Assembly: GCA_038087875.1 (NCBI GenBank)
Contig: JAXLNO010000046.1
Location: 64,001 to 128,000, forward strand
Source: Malacoraja senta
Taxonomy: Eukaryota
Direction: 5' to 3'
DNA: 64,000 bases
The position numbers and the translations under genes were made by a program. Below the pieces are notes generated by a model. The model was not told where the DNA came from and made no database searches. It was given only the letters and a program-made list of their open reading frames with translations. This document shows positions 12,535 through 25,539 of this stretch, piece by piece; positions within the stretch are counted from its first letter, which is position 1, and every line of letters starts with the position of its first letter.

Positions 12535-12811
12535 GGGGGTCGGGGAAGGGGGCAGGGAAGGGGATATTGGGGGGGAGGGGTACGAGAGCGAGGGGTGGGG
12601 GTACAGGGAAGGAGATGGTACGAGGTGGGGGAGGGAGGGGTACAAGGGGAGGGGAGGGGTATGAGAGGGAGGGGTGGGGGATATTGGGGGGGAGTGGGTA
12701 TGAGAAGGAGGGGAGGGATATTGGGGGAAGAGTGTATGAGGGGAGGGGAGGGGTACGAGGTGGGGAGGGGGATATTGCGGGCTGGGGAGGGAGGGAGTGG
12801 GTGGGTATTGG
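12535..12811 (+). repeat. G-rich polypurine low-complexity tract
   Basis: Dozens of G3-G8 runs with recurring ggatattggggg and gggtacgag motifs. Confidence 0.9.
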
Positions 12812-13599
12812 CTGATCTCTCTTTCCCAGTTTGCTCAGCTACTCCAGCAGTGCTTTTCTGCTCCAGATTTTACAGCATCTGCAATCCCTTGTTTCTCAAA
12901 ATAAACGATTAGATTCTGATGTAAGGCCAGTGACTGGAAGCTATCAGTGACAGTAACTCTTTCCACTTTCCACTGACGTTACCTGACCACAGTGTATATT
13001 TGGCATTTAATTGACTATAAAATATTTTGGGGAATCCTGATCCTTGATAATTATGTCAAACTAACTTCTGTCTTTTACACATTTCACACTCTTAGAAACG
13101 ATTACAGGGTCTTCACTAATATAGAATCCAGATGCATAATTGCTTTTACCTTGATAATTCCCAAGCTGGAACGGCACTGTTCACAGAGATGAAACTCTGT
13201 AAGTTATACCCTGCTGGAGAGAGGCCCATTTGAAACATATATTTGCATATTTTAATATACACTCATTCGTAATGCACTTGGCCATCCAATGCCATACTGT
13301 TGCTGCACTGAGCAGTATTTTATCACCAGGAATTAGGCAATTTGCAGGAACCTCACGTAAATATTTGGAGCCAATTTTCAGCTCAAATGCTCATACATAA
13401 CCCTCGGTTATCTCACCGAGAGCTAATTGCACTTTCCACAGCTTGAGCTGCTGAGAGGTCCAGCCTTTGCAATCTTGTTTTCTAAAGCTGGCCTCTCTGT
13501 TTTGCTCTGCTGCACCTGGATCATAATTTCAGAATGAAATGAACTGACTCTTGACTAATCAGGATTTCTCCTTTTCAAAATGATTCACAGTTCCAACAA

Positions 13600-13850
13600 C
13601 TCAGTTGAATCCTGACACTGTTGCTGTCTGTGTGGAGTTTGCACTTTCAACCCATGACCCAGAGGAACCATCTGAGGTTCCTCTGGGTTTCCTCCCACAA
13701 AGGAAAGTTACGTGGTTTAGTAAGTTAATCGGTAAACACTGTAAAAGTGTGGAGAATAGAATGGGATTCATGTAACGGGCTACTTAATGGTCGGTGTGGA
13801 CTCTGTGGGTCGAAGGGCATTTTCCATGCTGTAAACCTCTATTACTCTCA
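13600..13850 (+). mobile_element. Degenerate V-SINE/HE1-like SINE
   Basis: gctgtctgtgtggagtttgca central domain and CR1-type tail gggtcgaagggc. Confidence 0.65.
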
Positions 13851-15104
13851 AAATTAAATATACAGATTCAAAGTGAAGTTAAAGTAGATTCAAGTTGCAC
13901 CAAAGTAACCACATTATAGACTTTCTAAAGAATAACAATTAATTTTACATTTGCACTGCAATTGAACATAGCTGCCCATAGAATTGTAAACAGTGTTGAT
14001 CTGAAGCTTCTGGTTTAAAACAGAGCAGATATGCTTATTGCAGGTATAATGCCAAAATCAAGTGAGCTGGGTTCTGTAAGCAAGTCTACTATTGCACCAT
14101 CAACACCAATTATCTACCGTTGCCCAGCGCCACGTGTTCTGAGTTTCTGCAAGTGACCGTAAGTTCTTATCTCGGGAATTGTACCTCTTTACCATGGCTC
14201 TGTTCTCCAGCCATCATGTCCACACCTCTATCACAGACCACACCACCAACATTGAGCACAGCTTCTTTGTCTTATACTTAGTATGATTGTGCCGAATATA
14301 TAGCAGGATTGCCACTGAACTATGAAAAAAATAATTTCACGATACTTAGGTAGACGTGACAATAATATATAATTGAACCCACTATCAGCGGCCGTAATTC
14401 GTGAATGACCTTAACTTCCTACTCATGACCCAAACTGCTACAAGACCTGTCATTGTCCCCAGCTCTCTACATGACTGACTTCCTGCTGATGACATAACAA
14501 CATCTAAAAGACTTTTGTACATGTACACAGATGGGAAAGGTTTAGAGGGATATGGGCCAAATGTAGGCAGATGGTACTAGATGGGACAAGTTGGGTTGAA
14601 GGGCCTGTTTCCACACAGTGTGAATATGATGGCCCTAACTCACTCAACTAAGTTGACTTCCATTCAATAACGTTACCTTCTGTCCGTAATCCTGACTCTA
14701 CATCAGAGACTCCACTTTGGCTTTCCAACGATTTATTCTGTGGTTTGAGCAAAGATGTTTTGATTGTTGCTAATATTTCTATTTCTACATATTTCCCTTT
14801 TGTCTGAATGTCAATGACACACATTTGGCAGCAGTTCCTGAGATATTCTCTCCCTGTCTCATTCCCAACTACCTTCCAATGTAACTCTGGCAAATGAATT
14901 TAACAATGAGGAGCAATTGACCTCGGCTGATACTGATACTCCGGCAGTCAAGAGGAGTCATTGCATCATGACACAAGCAAGAGTGATTAGAAATTGTCCC
15001 GTCTTTAACCTGGAGACTCGGCAACCTTGACTGGGCTGGGATAGGTCAACCAATCAGAGATAATGCAAAACACCCAACTTCAGCCACAGCTTTTGAAAGG
15101 AGTA

Positions 15105-15527
15105 GAAACATAGAAACATAGAAAATAGGTGCAGGAGTAGGCCATTCGGCCCTTCGAGCCTGCACCGCCATTCAATATGATCATGGCTGATCATCCAACT
15201 CAGTATCCCGTACCTGCCTTCTCTCCATACCCCCTGATCCCTTTAGCCACAAGGGCCACATCTAACTCCCTCTTAAATATAGCCAATGAACTGGCCTCAA
15301 CTACCTTCTGTGGCAGAGAATTCCAGAGATTCACCACTTTCTGTGTAAAAAATGTTTTTCTCATCTCAGTCCTAAAAGATTTCCCCTTTATCCTTAAACT
15401 GTGACCCCTTGTTCTGGACTTCCCCAACATCGGGAATAATCTTCCTGCATCTAACCTGTCCAACCCCTTAAGAATTTTGTAAGTTTCTATAAGATCCCCC
15501 CTCAATCTTCTAAATTCTAGCGAGTAA
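15105..15527 (-). mobile_element. Young CR1 LINE 3' fragment
   Basis: YSLEFRRLRGDLIETYKILKGLDRLDAG...GEKAGTGY, near-identical to 35590-36005; (CTATGTTT)n tail. Confidence 0.95.
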
Positions 15528-15737
15528 ATTCTAATTCTAATGAGTAAACAGAAACTCAACTCAAGTGAGATTTCAGACAAATTTACTCAGAAAAAAGATA
15601 ACTTAATAATTTATGATTTTGTAATAGATTTCTTGATAAATAAATATTGCTGGATTTTTTTGACTAAGACAAAAAGGAATGAGCCCAGAAAAAAAATCAC
15701 CCCGAGAGGTTGAGTTTGGATTGAACTGAGTCCAAGT

Positions 15738-15985
15738 TCATAGAATCATAGTCACAGCATGAAAACAGACCCTTCAGTCCATCTTGCCCATGCCACCAAG
15801 GTGCCCCATCTAAGCTAGACCCATTTGCCTGCATTTGGCCACATCCCTCTGAACCTTTATAATCCATATCCTTGTCCAAGTATCTTTTTAACATTGTTAT
15901 ATTGTCTGCCTCAACTACCCCCTCTGGCAGCACATTCGATTTACCCACCTTCCTCTGTGAAAAAGTTGCTCCTTATGTTCCTATT
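15738..15985 (-). mobile_element. Older CR1 3' fragment
   Basis: LPEGVVEADNITMLKRYLDKDMD plus tail. Confidence 0.8.
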
Positions 15986-16077
15986 AAAACACAAGTTAAT
16001 ATTCCAGGTGGAAGACCCTTTGTTGGATCTGCCCATAGATCCTCGTGTTGAGGCTGTCCCCTCTGTTGGTGTCTCCT

Positions 16078-16842
16078 ATAATAATAATAATAATAATAAT
16101 AATATCTTTTATTGTCATTGCACGTCAGTGCAACGAGATTTAGTATGCAGCTCCACCGATGTACAAGAAAAGTAAGATAAATAAATAAGCAAGCTGAGTG
16201 ACGTGACCATCCGATGGAGACTGTCCAGGGGGGGTGGGTGGGGGGAGCACTCAGCAGGGCCGGTTCAGGGCCGCTATAGCTCTTGGAATAAAGCTGTTTC
16301 TGAGTCTGGAGGTTCGGGCGTAGAAGGCCTTGTAACGTCTGCCGGAGGGAAGTAGTTCAAGCAGTCTGTTACAAGGGTGTGATGAGTCCTTATGGATACT
16401 GACGGCCTTCCTGAGGCACTGTGTGTGGTAGATGCCCTCCAAGGCTGGTAGCTCTGTCCCAATGATCCTCTGCGCTCTGTGGACGACGCGCTGAAGAGCT
16501 CTCCTCTCCGCCTCCGTGCAGCTGAGATACCACACAGAGATGCCATGTTAATATGCTCTCTGTGGTGCAGCGGTAGAACGTTGTCAGCAGCTGTTGGGGC
16601 AGACCAGTCTTTTTTAATGTCCTCAGGAAGAACAGTCGTTGCTGTGCCTTCTTGACCAGCGCAGCGGTGTTGGTGGACCATGTGAGGTCCTCTGAAATGT
16701 GAGTGCCCAGAAACTTAAAGCTGGACACTCTCTCCACACTTTCCCTGTAAATGGAGATTGGGGCGTATTCTCCATTATGGGACCTCCTGAAGTCAATAAT
16801 CAGCTCCTTGGTCTTGGAGGTGTTTAGTGACAAGTTGATCAC
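16078..16842 (-). mobile_element. Rex1/Babar LINE 3' fragment with (ATT)n tail
   Basis: [16 protein letters not shown]...FKFLGTHISEDLTWS...KAQQRLFFLR...PSGRRYK; one frameshift; (AAT)n at 16078-16103. Confidence 0.92.
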
Positions 16843-17999
16843 ATGAACGAATGAATAATTGTGTATCATTATAGAGTGCTTCTGTTGGGCTTATTGGTTC
16901 TTGGCAGGGGGACTCATCCCGACATGACAGAGCAAACGCATAAAGTGTAGAAAGTAATCTTCCAGCCAAAATACCTCCCATTGGTGATGAAGAAAGTGGA
17001 TGTGAATGCAAAATATTGGCATATTTTCTTGAGTTTGATTCGAGTTTATCAATTGTTACTTTGTTCTCAACTTGTTTTCACTAAGATTTATCAGACTTAG
17101 CATAGATTTGTTATGATAGCTGATAAATCTCTAGAAACATTACTCAAATCAAAAGTGTGCTTTAATTGGCAACATTCCCTTCCTCGGGGGTTTGTATTCA
17201 CAGAGCCAACACGGCTGTGAAATATAGGTTGAAGTCAGTTTTCAACATTGCAGTTTGGATAACTCTAATCCTTCACCTGCTCCCAACTTCAGCAGATTAA
17301 AATTCTCACAATGTGCTCCCATTATGCCTGGCTTCACCGTGACAGGGTCTGTCCCACTGCGGTCCATCAATGATTAGATGCTCTTTAATTTTTCATAACG
17401 CACCATCATCAAATATTCCCTCAGATGCATTTCAAGCAATGATGATAGAGCACTCTACTTACTGAAAACCATGAACAATACTAATGTAATGGTGCATGAA
17501 GTTAAAATTGTTACATCTACTGCCCTGGCGACTGATTGTTTAACACAAGCATAGGAATCCCAGGAATGTCAAATCAACTTCCATTCTCGCATTGCCCAGG
17601 AATTCATATAAACTAAGTTTGTGTCTTTTACAAATATAAAATATTCACACTGTTCTCTCTCCCCTTAATGAGAATGCATGTTGTTAGTGAAGAGTAGTTT
17701 GAAATGTACACTTGCATCTCTAGTTGTCTTGTTCATGGATAGTCTGGTTTGTAGTTTCCCGGTTAAACGTTCCCAGATAGGCTTATTTTGCACAGAGCCT
17801 GTTGTGTCGTTGTCCATGGACTGAATCCAGATAATTGTTGCTGTTTGTGGATCCGGCTTCCTTCATTTGGCCACTTCCTTCATTTGCTCTGAAGCTCATT
17901 GTGTTTTTGTATCAGTGTGACATCTTAAGTGTGTGTCATGAATGTGACATAAAAGATTAGCAATTTTAACCTGATTTACAGGCACAAGGAGACAAAGAG

Positions 18000-18320
18000 T
18001 GTCAGATTCCCTTCCCCCTTATCCCACCTATGGTTTTACATCTCACCTTTCCTTATCTGACACCTTTTTGCCTCCTTTTCACCTTTACAATTGATCAGTT
18101 ACTCCATCCATCTGCCATTCACATCCCTCCCTCCCGTATCTACCTATCACTTCCCCCACTTCTCTTTTCCAGCTTTCTCCTCCTACTCCAATCAGTCTAA
18201 AGAAGGGTCCCAAGCGGGACACCATTTGTTAATTCCCTCATTGATGGAGCCTGACCTGCTGATTTTCTCCAGCACTTTGTTTATGGCTCAAGAATCCAAC
18301 ATTTGCAGTTCCCTGTTGGT
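18000..18320 (+). mobile_element. Old Penelope 3'UTR/pLTR fragment
   Basis: Pyrimidine-rich stretch, then cagtctaaagaaggg and cctgacctgctgattttctccagcac. Confidence 0.55.
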
Positions 18321-19539
18321 CTGTAAAGTTCCTGAAATTGTAACTCAGGTTTATGGACTAGGTTGTAATTGGGTTTGTGTTATAGTATATCGGGTTCTGG
18401 GTTCTGGTCTACCTATTTATTACCCACAAGGAAGGTTCTGCTTATTACTTCCATAAATATAGTCATGCTCAATTGTTCACTCAATGAGTCAAATTGACTG
18501 TGAGATTAATTTAAATTAATGAGCCATACTTTCAATTAAATGCTCAAAGAAATGCGTATTGTAGTCCTTGGTTGCTTCATTTATAGCTGTCATGAAGAGT
18601 GCTGTTCTTCATTCTGTCATTCCAGAGGAGGTAGGGCAAGGGAGAAGCAAATGTAGTGAAGTACTCGGAGCCAGAGTTATTCCACCTTCTGGATGGTGAA
18701 TGATTAGCCTCAGCATCATTTCTCTGCCAGTATTGGGCAATGTCCTCTCTCCCCGTCCAATGTCCCCCTCAGCACTCTCCACCCCATCCCACCAAACTCA
18801 CCAAACTTGCGGGACGTAGTATCAGCGCTCATCTCTGCAACTGGATCCTTGACTTTCTGACCAACAGACCCCAGTCAGTGAGGATAGGGAACAAATCATC
18901 CTCTACGATAATCCTCAATGCGGGGGCTCCACAAGGATGTGTTCTCAGCCCCTTCTTTACTCCTTGTACACCCACGTCTGTGCAGCTGTGTGCAAATCCA
19001 ATTCAATTTTCAAATTCGCAGACAACACCAACATTATGGGCCGGATATCAAATAATAATGAGACATAGTACAGGAAAGAGATCGAGAACCTCTTGTCTTG
19101 GTGTCAAGACAATAACCTTTCTTTCAATGTCAGCAAGTCAAGGAGATAATGATGGACTTCAGGAAGCAAAGTGGTACACATACCCCAGTTTGCATTGACG
19201 GTACCGAAGTGGAGATGGATGAAAACTTCAAATTCCCACGAGTCAATATCCCCAATAACTTCTCCTGTACCACCCATATTGAATCAACGTCTAAGAAAGC
19301 GCACCAACGCCTCTACTTCCTTAGAAGGCTTAGGCATGTCCCCTACAACATTCATGGACTTCTACAGATGCACCATAGAAAATATTTTATCAGGTTGCAT
19401 CACAGCTTGGTTTGGGAACAGCTGCATCCAAGATCGCAAGAAATTGCAGCGAATTGTAGACGCAGCCCAGACCATCACACAACCTTCCATTGAAGGTTGA
19501 CACAAAATGCTGGAGTAATTCTGGAGAGAAGGAATGGGT

Positions 19540-19567
19540 GACGTTTCGGGTCGAGACCCTTCTTCAG
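19540..19567 (-). ncRNA. Minimal hammerhead ribozyme core in the Penelope pLTR
   Basis: CUGAAGA-A-GGGUCUCGACCC-GAAAC-GUC; identical to 2031-2058. Confidence 0.65.
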
Positions 19568-19699
19568 ACTGATGTCAGGGTAGTGGGCGGGACAGAGATA
19601 GAATGTAGTCGGAGACAGTAAGACTGGTGGGAGAACTGGGAAGGGGGAGGGGATGGAGAGAGAGGGAAGGCAAGGGCTATTTGAAGTTAGAGAAGTCAA

Positions 19700-22600
19700 G
19701 TGAGTTTATTGTCATGTGTCCCTGATAAGACAATGAAATTCTTGCTTTGCTTCAGCACAACAGAACATAGTAGGCATTGACTACAAGGCATTCTATATAT
19801 AAATATATACACACATGAATCAATATACTGATAAAGTGCAACTAACAGTATTGGCTAATAAAGTTCAGTGTTTTGTCCGAGCCAGGTTTAATAGCCTGAT
19901 GGCTGTGGGGAAGTAGCTATTCCTGAACCTGGTCGTTGCAGTCTTCAGGCTCCTGTACCTTCTACCTGAAGGTAGTAGGGAGATGAGTGTGTGGCCAGGA
20001 TGGTGTGGGTCCTTGATGATACTGCCAGCCTTTTTGAGGCAGCGACTGTGATAGATCCCCCCGATGGAAGGGAGGTCAGAGCCGATGATGGACTGGGCAG
20101 TGTTTACTACTTTTTGTAGTCTTTTCCTCTCCAGGGCGCTCAAGTTGCCGAATCAAGCCACGATGCAACCGGTCAGCATGCTCTCTACTGTGCACCTGTA
20201 GAAGTTAGAGAGAGTCCTCCTTGACAAACCGACTCTCCGTAATCTTCTCAGGAAGTAGAGGCGCTGATGTGCTTTCTTAATAATGGCATCAGTGTTCTCG
20301 GACCAGGAAAGATCTTCAGAGATGTGCACGCCCAGGAATTTGAAGGTCTTGACCCTTTCAACCATCGACCCGTTGATATAAATGGGACTGTGGGTCCCCA
20401 TCCTACTCCTTCCAAAGTCCACAATCAGTTCCTTGGTTTTGCTGGTGTTGAGGGCCAGGTTATTGTGCTGGCACCATATGGACAGTTGCTAGATCTCTCT
20501 TCTATACTCTGATCATACCCATCAGTGATACGTCCCACAACAGTGGTGTCGTCAGCGAACTTGATGATGGAGTTCGCACTATGTCCGGCTACGCAGTCAT
20601 GAGTATAGAGTGAGTAGAGCAGGGGGCTGAGCACGCAGCCTTGAGGTGCTTCCGTGCTAATTGTTATCGAGTCTGACACATTTCCACCAATACGAACAGA
20701 CTGTGGTCTGTGAGTGAGGAAGTCAAGGATCCAATTGCAGAGGGATGCGCAGAGACCCAGTTCTGCGAGTTTGGTAATCAGCTTGGAGGGGATGATTGTA
20801 TTAAATGCCGATGAATAACAGCCTGACATATGAGTTTTTGTTGTCCAAGTGGTCCAGAGCAGAGTGGAGGGCCAGCGAGATCGCATCCACCGTTGATCTG
20901 TTGTGGCGGTAAGCGAACTGCAGTGGGTCCAGGTTTTTGTCAAGGTAGGAGTTGATCTGCGTCATGATCAACCTCTCAAAGCACTTCATCATCACAGGCG
21001 TTAGTGCCACGGGTCGATAGTCATTGAGGCACGTCACCTTACTCTTCTTGGGCACTGGTATAATTGATGCCCTTTTGAAGCAGGTAGGAACCTCAGACCT
21101 CAGAAGTGAGAGGTTGAAAATGTCCGTAAAAACTCCAGCCAGTTGGTCCGCACAGGTTTTTAAAACACGACCAGGTATACCATCAGGTCCAGGCGCTTTT
21201 CGAGGGTTCACCCCTCTGAAGGATTTCCTGACGTCGGCCTCTGTGACTGAGACTGAAATACCATCACAGCGAATGGGGGCTCGGGAAGGCACATCGGTGT
21301 TCTCCCTATCAAAGCGTGCGTAAAACGCATTGAGCTCATCAGGGAGTGATGTTTCACCGACATTCGAGCTGCCTCCTGGTTTCGCCTTGTAGGAGGTGAT
21401 TGCATTCACCCTTGCCACAGCCGCCGAACATCTGTCTCTTCCTCCAGTTTGGAGCAGAAGTCCCTTTTGGCCTTTATGATGGCCTTACCAAGGTCGTATC
21501 TGTAATTCTTGTAGGCCACTGTATCATCAGACATGAATGCCCGGTGTCTGGACTTCAGAAGAGTGCGGATCTCAAAGTTCATCCAAGGTTTCTGATTGGG
21601 AAACGCTCGGAAGGTTTTGGTGGGGATGCAGTCCTCCACACACTTCTTAATGAAGTCTGTAACGACTGTGGCGTATTCGTTCAAGTCCGTTGCCGATTCC
21701 TTGAACATTGCCCAGTCTACAGACTCCAAACAGTCCTGGAGTTGTTCCTCTACCCCCCCCCCCCCCCCGACCAGCTCTGTACTGTCCTCACCTCTGGGGG
21801 TGCGCTCTTTAATTGCTGCCTGTAGGCAGGAAGAAGCAGCACCGCGGTATGGTCGGATTTACCGAAGTGAGGGCGAGGGATAGAGCGATAGGCATTCTTG
21901 ATGGTGGTGTAGCAGTGGTCGAGGGTGTTTGGTCCTCTGGTGCAGCAGGAGACATGTTGGTGGAAGTTAGGGAGTGATTTCTTTAGGTTTGCCTTATTGA
22001 AGTCCCCGGCTATGGTGGTGAACGCCTCAGGGTAAGACGTCTGGTGTTTGTTGACCATGGCGTGCAGCTCCTCCAGTGGCAGACGGACGTCTGCCTGGGG
22101 TGGGATGTAGACCGCGGTCAGGATGATGGAGGTGAATTCCCTTGGGAGGTAGAAGGGACGACACTTCACCGCCAGATGTTCGAGGTGTGGACAGGACTGC
22201 CACGTCTGAGCACCATGCAGAGTTGACCATGAGGCAGACGCCCCCTCCTCTCCCTTTCCCAGATGCCAGTGTACGGTCCATACAGTGGATGGAGAAACCT
22301 TCAGGCTGGACCGCTGAGTCTGGGGAGCTGGGGGTGAGCCATGTCTCTGTGAAACAGAACACAGAGCATTCCCTCAGCTCCCTTTGATAAAGCAGCCTTG
22401 CCCTTAAGTCCTCCACTATATTTTCAAGGGACTGTACGTTGGCCAGTAGGATAGTAGGGAGAGGGGGCCGAAGTCCCCTGCGCTTCAGTCTGACCTGAAG
22501 TCCTGCCCGTCGGCCACGTTTCCGGACACAATGGAGGCTTCCCCTTTGTTTCCAGGTGCTGAGTCTACTGTACCTGCTGTTTCTGCGGACCTGCGCTGGA

Positions 22601-22701
22601 ACGGGGATTCCTTCTCAGACGGGAGCTCCAGCTCCGTAACAAACGGGGGTACATTCAAAGTCGGCAGCTCCAGCTTCATTGTTCCTGGGAGATCCGGCCA
22701 G
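19700..22701 (-). mobile_element. Near full-length Rex1/Babar LINE (APE endonuclease + RT), frameshifted
   Basis: Collinear ORF pieces: [82 protein letters not shown]. Confidence 0.95.
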
Positions 22702-23819
22702 GTCACTGTTCATACCGCTGAAGTGTAAGGTACCCAAGCAAAATATGCGGTGATGTTCCTCCAATTTGCGCTGGGCCTCACTCTGACAATGGAGAACGGG
22801 CAGAATGGGAATGGGAGGGGGAGTTAAAGTGCTGAGCAACTGGAAGATCAGGTAGGTTAAGGCGGATTGAGCAGAGGTGTTCAGCGACACGATCACCGAG
22901 CCTGCGCTTGGTTTCGCCGATGTATAGAAGTTGAAACCTGGAACAGTTATACAGTAGATGAGGTTGGAGGAGGTGCAAGTGAACCTCTGCCTCACCTGAA
23001 AAGACTGTCGAGGTCCTTGGATGGAGTCGAGCAGGGAGATAAAGGGACAGGTGTTGCATCTCCTGCGGTTGCAGGGAAAAGTACCTGCGGAGGGGTGGTT
23101 TGGGTGGGAAGGGACGAGTTGACCAGGGAGTTGCGGAAGGAATGGTCTCTGCGGAAAGCAGAAAGGGGTGGAGATGGGAAGATGTGGCCAATAGTGGGAT
23201 CCTGTTGGAGGTGGCGAAAATATTGCAGGATTATATGCTGTATGTGACGGCTGATAGGATGGAAGCTGAGGACAAGGGGGACTCGGTCCTTGTTGCGATG
23301 GGGGGGAGAGGGAGCAAGAGTGGAGCTGCGGGATATCGAGGAGACTCTAGTGAGAGCCTCATCTATAATGGAAGAGGGGAACCCCTGTTTCCTCACCTTC
23401 CATTGACTCCATTTATACCTCACGCTGCCTCGGCAAGGCCAGCAGCATAATCAAGGACGAGTCGCACCCCGGTCACTCCCTCTTCTCCCTTCTCACATCG
23501 GGTAAAAAGTACAGAAGTGTGAAAACGCACACCTCCAGATTCAGGGACATTTTCATCCCAGCAGTTAGCAGGCAACTGAATTATCCCACCACAACCAGAG
23601 AGCAGTGCTGAACTATTATCTACCTGTTTGGTGACCCTTGGACTATCCTTGATTGGACTTTGCTGGCTTTACCTTGCATTAAACGTTATTCCCTTATCAT
23701 GTATCTGTACACTGTAAATGGCCATATTGTAATCATGTATAGTCTCTCCGCTGACTAGATAGCGCGCAACAAAAGCTGTTCACTGGACCTCGGTACACGT
23801 GACAATAAACTATATTGAC

Positions 23820-24645
23820 CTGGACACCAATTCACTAACATTAACAACCCCACTCTCACTATTGACGGCACCACTGTCTCCCCATCTCCTCAGGCCCGCA
23901 ACCTTGGCGTGATCTTTGACTCAACCCTCTCCCTTGAGCCTCACATCCGCCATGTTGTCAAAACATCATTTTTTCACCTCCGCAACATTGCCAAAATCAG
24001 ACCCTCTCTCACACCCCCCGCTGCTGAAAGACTCATCCATGCCTTCATCTCCTCCCGACTGGACTACTGCAACTCTCTTCTCTTTGGAACCAATGCCAGC
24101 AGCATCAACCGACTCCAACTGGTCCAGAATGCAGCCGCTCGACTCATTACCCACACCAAATCCTGGCACCACATCACCCCAGTTCTCAAAGAACTTCACT
24201 GGCTTCCCATTTCCCACCGGATCACCTACAAAATCCTGGTCCTCACCTACAAAGCCCTCAACCACTTGGCCCCCCCTTATCTCACTGACCTCCTCTCCCC
24301 CTACCAACCCTCACGGTCCCTCAGATCCACATCAGCTGGTCTCCTCTCCACTCCGAAATCAAACCTCTGCACTTTTGGAGGCAGAGCCTTCTCCAGGGCA
24401 GCTCCCAGGCTCTGGAATTCCCTCCCACAACTGGTCCGAAATTCTGAGTCCCTCACCATCTTCCAGTCCCGCCTCAAGACCCATCTCTTCACCTCTGCAT
24501 ACCCTTAGTCCCATGTTCCCCTCCCCCTTGCATCTCTGTCTTACTGCTCTATTTTGTTTTGTTTATTCTTGACTCTCAATTGTAAAGCGACTTTGAGTCC
24601 TGAAAAGCGCTATATAAATAAAATCTATTATTATTATTATTATTA
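23820..24645 (+). mobile_element. L2 LINE 3' fragment with open C-terminal ORF
   Basis: ARNLGVIFDSTL...HAFISSRLDYCNSLL...LQLVQNAAARL...LHWLP...AAPRLWNSLP...LKTHLF; tail aaagcgctatataaat + (ATT)n. Confidence 0.95.
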
Positions 24646-25539
24646 ATTCTTCAACATCCAGCAGGGGGAATAATTGATGCTGTGGTGACCAATGGAAGAC
24701 CATGAGCTCGAGCCCTTCCTAATCAATCCATGCACTGACCAGCATTGAGAAACTTGGGAAAAGTTAGCACGAGTTATGGAAATGGTGCATCTATTGTGAT
24801 GGAGAAAATGTTTTGAAATTCACAGAGAGTTTGTGAGTTGTGAAGCTTTCGCCTAGACTGCCATTCACTGTTGTTAACAGCTGCACAATTCACTGAGAAT
24901 GGAGAATCAATAGTTTATTAACTCGCATTTGGTAAATGACGATTCTGCAAATAATGGGAGGTGAGATGCTAATATGATTTTTTAATGCTAATGAAGCAAG
25001 CAGCAAATGGATATTTGAAAGCTGTTTTTAAATTGTGAGACCAGTTAAAGTCTGCCTTAGTCATCTCAGCCTACTAATTGCTGCATGATTTCCACATTAA
25101 GAATAGTCATCAACACCAGCACACTGGCTTCCATTCATCTCCCTGCTCTGATCCACTAAGTAACTGTTGTGAAGGATGATTAGGTGAGCTATACTGGCAA
25201 TGGGACAATGGATCTCATGTTGGCCACTACATTATTGACATGACGTGTCTTCAGGATTGAAGGAATAATAATCATGTTGAGCTTTGATCATGGGCTCGAA
25301 ACTTTGCCAGACTGAGGGCTGCCTAGTCTTTTCTCTTCTTTTCCTATATTGACGGCCAAATGTATTAGGCTTTTCTGGAGGCCCTATTAACAATTGATTA
25401 ATAATTAATCTTGCATCTTTTATACTAATGTTAGGAAAACGGATCTATACTTCATGCTTAGAGGGTGATAGACACCGAAACAGACCCTTCAGCCCATCAT
25501 GACCATGACCGTGTCTTACCTCTTCCTCCATTCTGGATA

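Larger units (their letters stand above)
19494..23394 (-). mobile_element. 5'-truncated Penelope-like element (GIY-YIG endonuclease region + pLTR); 12-bp TSD; interrupted by Rex1
   Basis: TSD accttccattga at 19482-19493 and 23395-23406. FTCTSSNLIYCI and LLYIGETKRRLGDRVAEH...PVAQHFNSPSH at 22700-23390; pLTR at 19494-19699. Confidence 0.92.
18780..23815 (+). mobile_element. Rex1/Babar RT 3' half split in two (18780-19493 and 23395-23815) by a Penelope insertion
   Basis: [17 protein letters not shown]...[10 protein letters not shown]...QRIVDAAQTITQPSI continues after 23395 as PSIDSIYTSRCLGKASSIIKDESHPGHSLF. Confidence 0.9.

Noticed and set aside
12474..12912. Gly/Arg-rich ORFs
   Set aside because: By-product of the G-rich low-complexity tract.
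19700..22701. Active autonomous Rex1
   Set aside because: The ORF is broken by several frameshifts (some, such as the C-run at about 21753-21768, could be sequencing errors) and apparent deletions.
23916..24572. 218-aa Ser/Pro-rich ORF
   Set aside because: Alternative frame of the C-rich L2 fragment.
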